Below are positions 59,182 to 64,000 of a DNA stretch of 64,000 bases, piece after piece. The DNA lies in the IMG/VR virus record IMGVR_UViG_3300037455_000250, positions 1-64,000 of that record, one strand, 5' to 3'. The first letter of the stretch is position 1; each line of letters opens with the position of its first letter. Origin of the DNA: a virus. Lineage: Duplodnaviria > Caudoviricetes. The translations under genes were made by a program, and so were the position numbers. The notes under the pieces were generated by a model, which saw only the letters and a program-made list of their open reading frames with translations, was not told the DNA's origin and made no database searches.

Positions 59182-60600
59182 ATGGGACTTTTTGACGCAA
59201 AACTCTTTAATGGTGAAGTGTTCCAGAAGTATATGGACCGCATTCCCAACACAAAGTTGAATGAACTCGTTAAGTCAAGAGCCATCGTTGCTCGTCCTGA
59301 ACTTGCAACGGCTATGGCAGACCAAGTAGGTGGTAACTATCTTACAACTCCCTTGAAGGGTCTTATCAGTGGTGCAGTTCCGCTTAACTATGACGGTCAG
59401 ACAAACATCACATCCAATAGCACAAAGACATTCTCTCATTCAAGAGTAGTTGTTGGTCGTGCAAATGCTTGGACAGAAAAGGACTTCTCTTACGACATTA
59501 CTGGTGGCGTAGACTTTATGGAGAATGTTGCTCAACAGATTTCCGAGTATTGGGATGAGATTGACCAAGACACAATCGTACATATCCTCAACGGTATCTT
59601 TAAGATGGAAGATGATGAGGGTGCAAAGTTCGTACAGAGCCACACCTATGATGTATCTGCCGCTACAAACACAGAGAATGTTGTAGGTTATATGGATGGT
59701 ACAACACTCAATACTGCTATTCAGAGAGCGTGTGGAGACCACAAGGGCAAGTTCTCTCTTGCTATTATGCACTCTTTCGTAGCAACAAACCTTGAGAACC
59801 TTAAGTTGCTTGTTTATCTGAAATACAATGACGCTAACGGACTTCAGAGAGACCTCTCTATCGGTACTCTTAATGGTAGACTTGTTATGGTAGATGATAG
59901 TATGCCTACTACTGATATAGTTTCTACACCTGGCGTATGGAACTTCGAGGTTACTACACCCGCAGTTGCTGGTGATAAGATTACGATTTTCGATAAGACA
60001 TACACATTTATTGCCAATTCCTCTACACCTGCCGCAGACGAGATTAAGGTTGGCACAAACGGTACTGCCGCACAACAGGCTACTAACATTGTTGCTAAAC
60101 TCAATGCTCTCACAACGGGTCCCGCAACACAGTACACAATCGCAGTTGCAAGTAGCACAAAGGTACAGTTCACACAGAAGGCTACGGCTTATGGTGCTGG
60201 TGCTCCTACTGCATCCGCAGAGCAGGTTGGTACAAGCGGTGCAATCGTAATCTCTGATGTTGCAAACACAACTCCTAAGGTTGAAGTTACAAAGTACACA
60301 ACTTATGTATTCGGCGATGGTGCTATTGAGTACACAAACTGTGGTGCAAAGGTACCTTACGAAATGTATCGTGACCCTGCTACAAACGGCGGTCAGGACA
60401 CACTCTATTCTCGTCAGAGAAAGTGCTTTGCTCCTTACGGCATTTCGTTCACAAAGGCATCCATGTCTAAACTCTCTCCTACAGACGCAGAGTTGGAGAC
60501 GGGTGCTAACTGGGAACTCGTTAATAGCAACGAAGATGGTACAAAGGAGTACATCAGCCTGAAGGCTATCCCGATTGCAAGAATTATCTCTCTCGGTTGA
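59182..60600 (+). CDS. Major capsid protein with a ~128-aa inserted domain
   Basis: FDAKLFNGEVF, RANAWTEKDF, LNGRLVMVDDSMP, TYVFGDGAI, PTDAELETGANW. Confidence 0.92.
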   Translation: MGLFDAKLFNGEVFQKYMDRIPNTKLNELVKSRAIVARPELATAMADQVGGNYLTTPLKGLISGAVPLNYDGQTNITSNSTKTFSHSRVVVGRANAWTEKDFSYDITGGVDFMENVAQQISEYWDEIDQDTIVHILNGIFKMEDDEGAKFVQSHTYDVSAATNTENVVGYMDGTTLNTAIQRACGDHKGKFSLAIMHSFVATNLENLKLLVYLKYNDANGLQRDLSIGTLNGRLVMVDDSMPTTDIVSTPGVWNFEVTTPAVAGDKITIFDKTYTFIANSSTPAADEIKVGTNGTAAQQATNIVAKLNALTTGPATQYTIAVASSTKVQFTQKATAYGAGAPTASAEQVGTSGAIVISDVANTTPKVEVTKYTTYVFGDGAIEYTNCGAKVPYEMYRDPATNGGQDTLYSRQRKCFAPYGISFTKASMSKLSPTDAELETGANWELVNSNEDGTKEYISLKAIPIARIISLG

Positions 60601-60637
60601 TTTAACACTGACTAAAAGAATTTAAGGAGGGTCTCTG

Positions 60638-61075
60638 ATGGTTTACTACTTAACTTTTGCGGAATATCAAGAAATGGGTGGTACGCTTGACGAGGCCCTC
60701 TTTAGTTCTCTTGAACTTGACGCACAGGGTTATATTGACTGGCATACTTTCAACAGATTATGGAAAGAAGAATGGCGCACAGAAGATATTATGGAGCGAG
60801 TTAAAATCTGTATGTATCAACTTATTAAGTTGCTTGCAGTAACAAATAATATGCTTACTCCAGATGTTCAGGCAACGCACGGAATTAACGTGAATGCCCA
60901 AGTAACAACACAATCAAATGATGGCGTTTCTTCAACATACGCAGTATTTTCCGCAGATATTCTGTATGAGAAAGCCAAAAGAGAGATTAACGATTGCATT
61001 ACACGAAATCTGTCTGGCATAATGAACAATGCGGGCAGAAAACTGTTGTATAGGGGATTATATCCAAATGAGTAA
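60638..61075 (+). CDS. Head-tail adaptor
   Basis: YLTFAEYQEMGG, SNDGVS, LLYRG. Confidence 0.8.
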   Translation: MVYYLTFAEYQEMGGTLDEALFSSLELDAQGYIDWHTFNRLWKEEWRTEDIMERVKICMYQLIKLLAVTNNMLTPDVQATHGINVNAQVTTQSNDGVSSTYAVFSADILYEKAKREINDCITRNLSGIMNNAGRKLLYRGLYPNE

Positions 61076-61538
61076 TTTTCCTTTTCAGTGGTGGGATAAG
61101 ACCATTACAATCTATAACAAGTTAATTGACCCATCAACCCAACGGGTTAGTTGGTATAAAAATACTTGTGAGAATTGCTTTTGGAAATGTATCAATAACA
61201 CGTACACAATAGGCAGAGGCCGTGTGTCCTCATCCGGTGTTGTGTTAGAAACAAAAAATATTGTCTGCAGGATACCTAAAGACGATAAATTTGTGACTAA
61301 ACGTGTATGGAAAACTCTCACGGATAGTGAAAAAGCAACCCATTTTACGTTAAGTAACGGTGATATAATCGTACTGGGCGAAGTTACAGATGTTATTGAT
61401 GAGTACACAGACGGTCAACGCTCTACGGACTTGCTTGCTAAATATAAAGAATTTGATGAGTGTTTAGAGATTGACGCCTACGTGAACAATACAGGAGAAG
61501 GTTTAGGTGTAGAACATTATCGTATAGTTGGTAAGTAA
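61068..61538 (+). CDS. Head closure protein
   Basis: ITIYNK..W, GDIIVLG; position in the neck module. Confidence 0.7.
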   Translation: MSNFPFQWWDKTITIYNKLIDPSTQRVSWYKNTCENCFWKCINNTYTIGRGRVSSSGVVLETKNIVCRIPKDDKFVTKRVWKTLTDSEKATHFTLSNGDIIVLGEVTDVIDEYTDGQRSTDLLAKYKEFDECLEIDAYVNNTGEGLGVEHYRIVGK

Positions 61539-61539
61539 T

Positions 61540-62118
61540 ATGCAGTTTATTATTAAAAAAACACCCAATATGGAAAAATATATTACGGCATTTGCTGATT
61601 TAGAAACATCTGCCAATATGAGTGTTGCGGGTCAAATAGCGGCATATTATATCAAGCAAAAAGTTCCTACAAGAACAGGTGCTTTGAGAGTGGCATATAC
61701 GATAGACAGTACATCTAATTCCTTTGCAGTAGATTGGGGTGGTAGTAATGCTTTGCCCTATTCTCGCTATCAATTTTACGGAAGAGTGTACGAAATTAAT
61801 AAAGCGGTATTCGCTAATGGACAACATATGGGCTGGGTATCTCCAATTAAACCAAAGAGACCTACAGAACGTATGATGGGCACACCCGCTGAGATACCCT
61901 TAAAAGATGGTCGCGTGATTATCATAGAGGGCTATCATACACCAAACACAGGCCCAGAATGGACAGACAGTCCAAATACTGATATGGAAATCTCTCAACC
62001 TATACAGTATGGAATTGGTCGCTACTTATATGAACAGTATTGTAAAGCAACAGACACAAAACCTGTCGGAGGTTTTCAAGTATTAGAGTGGGCGGAGAAG
62101 TTGAATAATGCCAGTTGA
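61540..62118 (+). CDS. Minor capsid / neck protein
   Basis: VPTRTGAL, PYSRYQFYG. Confidence 0.7.
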   Translation: MQFIIKKTPNMEKYITAFADLETSANMSVAGQIAAYYIKQKVPTRTGALRVAYTIDSTSNSFAVDWGGSNALPYSRYQFYGRVYEINKAVFANGQHMGWVSPIKPKRPTERMMGTPAEIPLKDGRVIIIEGYHTPNTGPEWTDSPNTDMEISQPIQYGIGRYLYEQYCKATDTKPVGGFQVLEWAEKLNNAS

Positions 62119-62587
62119 TAAGAACCAAGCAGTCTTAAATTTTCTTGCAACATACGATGGTATGGAGACAAACCCTATCTTCATAAACTTTATTAATGCA
62201 AAAAATAATGATGTGCAATATCTGACGTCATCCAATGATAGGTCATTAAATAAGAAATTTGTGGACGGCAGTATATTAAAGCGTTTCACATTTTCTATCG
62301 TCATAACTAAATCAATTACAAGTATGGCAATAGCAAAAGATATAATGATGAATGAGAATATTACAGATATTGCCAACATTCAAACATTTATGGATTGGGT
62401 CAATGAACAAGGAGAAAATCAGAATTTTCCAGATTTTGGGACAAATTGTGTAATTGAAGAAATGCACACTACCGCAGACAACCCGTTATTAAACGGCATT
62501 AACACAGAGGTTACTCCTGCTCTGGCTTTATACAGTACAGAGATTAGGATTGACTATATTGATTATTCAAAAATAATTTGGTCATAA
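62108..62587 (+). CDS. Tail terminator-like protein
   Basis: Position immediately before the tail tube gene. Confidence 0.6.
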   Translation: MPVDKNQAVLNFLATYDGMETNPIFINFINAKNNDVQYLTSSNDRSLNKKFVDGSILKRFTFSIVITKSITSMAIAKDIMMNENITDIANIQTFMDWVNEQGENQNFPDFGTNCVIEEMHTTADNPLLNGINTEVTPALALYSTEIRIDYIDYSKIIWS

Positions 62588-62603
62588 GAAAGGAGAAACA
62601 GTT

Positions 62604-63164
62604 ATGGCTATAAGTGAATTTAACTTGGCTCAACACCAGAGAGCCGCTCGTAAGTTGCTTATCACAGTAGCAGAATGGGAAGACCCTAATGGTTCCATCA
62701 CTATTGGTGAAGGTACAAGTTCGTACAAGGTAAATCGTGAAATTCTCGGCCGTAGAACTGAGGACAGTTCCATCGAGTACAATGCTGATATTGAGACCAC
62801 AACAGATATTCTCGGTATCAACTATACTGATGTTAATAGAACACAACCTCAGCAGGACTTTGACCCTTACCTCATTCTCGGTGGTTCAAAGTTGGGTGCG
62901 AAGTTGAACGATATTCGTAAGAGAAACGCTCTCACGGAACTCAATGCGTTTACACTTTACATCATTACGGCATATATTGGAGATAGTTCCAACGGCTATG
63001 AGGCAGAAAAGCAAAGTAATTGCACAATCACCTACAACTCTTTGGGCGGTGACGCAAATGTTAATATGCCTATTTCCGCATACTTCTCTAATGAGAGCGT
63101 AACAGGCACCGTTAATAAGTTGAGCGACGATTTCACATTCCAAGAAGACACACCTGGAGCGTGA
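62604..63164 (+). CDS. Major tail (tube) protein
   Basis: Strong SD, followed by a terminator; size and position. Confidence 0.75.
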   Translation: MAISEFNLAQHQRAARKLLITVAEWEDPNGSITIGEGTSSYKVNREILGRRTEDSSIEYNADIETTTDILGINYTDVNRTQPQQDFDPYLILGGSKLGAKLNDIRKRNALTELNAFTLYIITAYIGDSSNGYEAEKQSNCTITYNSLGGDANVNMPISAYFSNESVTGTVNKLSDDFTFQEDTPGA

Positions 63165-63182
63165 GATTAATTGATTTAAGTG

Positions 63183-63214
63183 TCTCCTGTATGCGATAAT
63201 ATCCATACAGGAGA
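63183..63214 (+). terminator. 11-bp hairpin after the tail tube gene
   Basis: TCTCCTGTATG/CATACAGGAGA. Confidence 0.65.
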
Positions 63215-63239
63215 TTACTAAATCTATATGGAGGTCATT

Positions 63240-63809
63240 ATGATTGACGAAATTAAGAAAGACACAGAACTTAACAAAGAAAAGACAGAACTTGAACAGG
63301 AAAATACTTCTCCTGCAGTTTCTACTCCGATAAATACAGAGTCCGACATTGTTGATGTTGATTTAGGCTTTGTTGAAAAGAAAAGGTTTAGAATTGCAGG
63401 CGATTACAATAGAATGTTGGAACTTAATGTTTCTGACCTCAATGCTCTTGTAAGATTAAAAGCCGGATATCCTAAACTTCAAAAGTTGTTTGAGAAAGCC
63501 ACAACAAATATAAGCAAGTTAGATGATAATATGGATGATTTAGAGGGTCTCGGAATAATCGCAGATACACTGGAAAGTATTGACAAGGATATGCGTGATA
63601 TTATTGACAGTATTTTTGACGCTAATGTATCAGCAGTTGTGGCCCCTTCTGGAAATATGTTTGACCCTGTTGGCGGACAATATAGATTTCAGCGTGTAAT
63701 TGACATTGTATCTGGTTTGTACTCGACAGGACTTAACGCAGAATTTGAAAAGATGAAAAATAAGGTAGAGAAAAAAACAAGCAAGTACACAAAGAAGTAC
63801 CATAATTAA
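63240..63809 (+). CDS. Tail assembly chaperone-like protein
   Basis: Position after the tail tube gene. Confidence 0.6.
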   Translation: MIDEIKKDTELNKEKTELEQENTSPAVSTPINTESDIVDVDLGFVEKKRFRIAGDYNRMLELNVSDLNALVRLKAGYPKLQKLFEKATTNISKLDDNMDDLEGLGIIADTLESIDKDMRDIIDSIFDANVSAVVAPSGNMFDPVGGQYRFQRVIDIVSGLYSTGLNAEFEKMKNKVEKKTSKYTKKYHN

Positions 63810-63811
63810 AA

Positions 63812-64000
63812 ATGTATGAGTTACCAACAACAATAACGATTAATGGAACAATCTATACCATACGATTAAGAGGTGATTATCGTGTGGTATTAGATTGTTT
63901 TGCAGTTCTTAATGATGTTGAATTAACACAACAGGAACGCACTTTAGCGTGTTTACTTATTTTCATTGAAGATTTTAATGAGATTGAAGATGTATTATCT
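63812..64000 (+). CDS. Gp15-like tail assembly protein (truncated by window end)
   Basis: MYELPTTITING..Y.IR.DYRVVL. Confidence 0.7.
   Translation, partial: MYELPTTITINGTIYTIRLRGDYRVVLDCFAVLNDVELTQQERTLACLLIFIEDFNEIEDVLS

Noticed and set aside
196-63833. Many antisense or overlapping ORFs in the supplied track (e.g. 8936-9385, 23632-24102, 48285-48800, 59440-60075)
   Set aside because: Shadows of well-supported genes on the other strand or frame; no SD sites or recognisable motifs
1-64000. Diversity-generating retroelement, retron, integrase or stop-codon reassignment
   Set aside because: No reverse transcriptase or recombinase motifs seen; core genes are intact in the standard code
63240-64000. 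Programmed frameshift joining the tail chaperone genes
   Set aside because: No convincing slippery site noticed, and the downstream ORF has its own ATG 2 nt after the stop

Overview
About 64 kb of a tailed dsDNA phage (siphovirus-like) of a low-GC Firmicutes host; the host assignment is inferred from strong AAGGAG/GAAAGTGAGG Shine-Dalgarno sites, RecU and an A118-like head module. The window starts in tail genes and ends in the tail-assembly genes, so the tape measure and part of the tail module lie outside it. Gene order: tail and lysis (1-4077); an HTH gene plus a six-gene cassette of unknown function (4084-6772); a long rightward replication and recombination arm (6945-39559) with a SNF2 helicase, initiator, loader, DnaB, primase, SSB, PolA, beta clamp, DnaX/HolB/HolA clamp loader, Cas4-like exonuclease, RecU, RecA, tRNA-Gln and an interleaved glycosyl/nucleotidyl-transferase cluster; a leftward arm of small, probably early genes (39766-50170); an AT-rich divergent control region; then terminase, head and tail morphogenesis genes (51541-64000). 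I saw no integrase, reverse transcriptase, CRISPR array or cas operon. Best candidates for undescribed biology: (1) a possibly clamp-tethered glycosylation cluster with no visible base-hydroxylating enzyme, beside a PolA that starts with a QLSLF beta-clamp motif; (2) two adjacent long-range inverted-repeat stalks looping out the first leftward genes; (3) the Cys-rich six-gene cassette after the endolysin; (4) structured RNA candidates upstream of the initiator and of the tRNA. Family assignments come from motif recognition only; no database searches were run.
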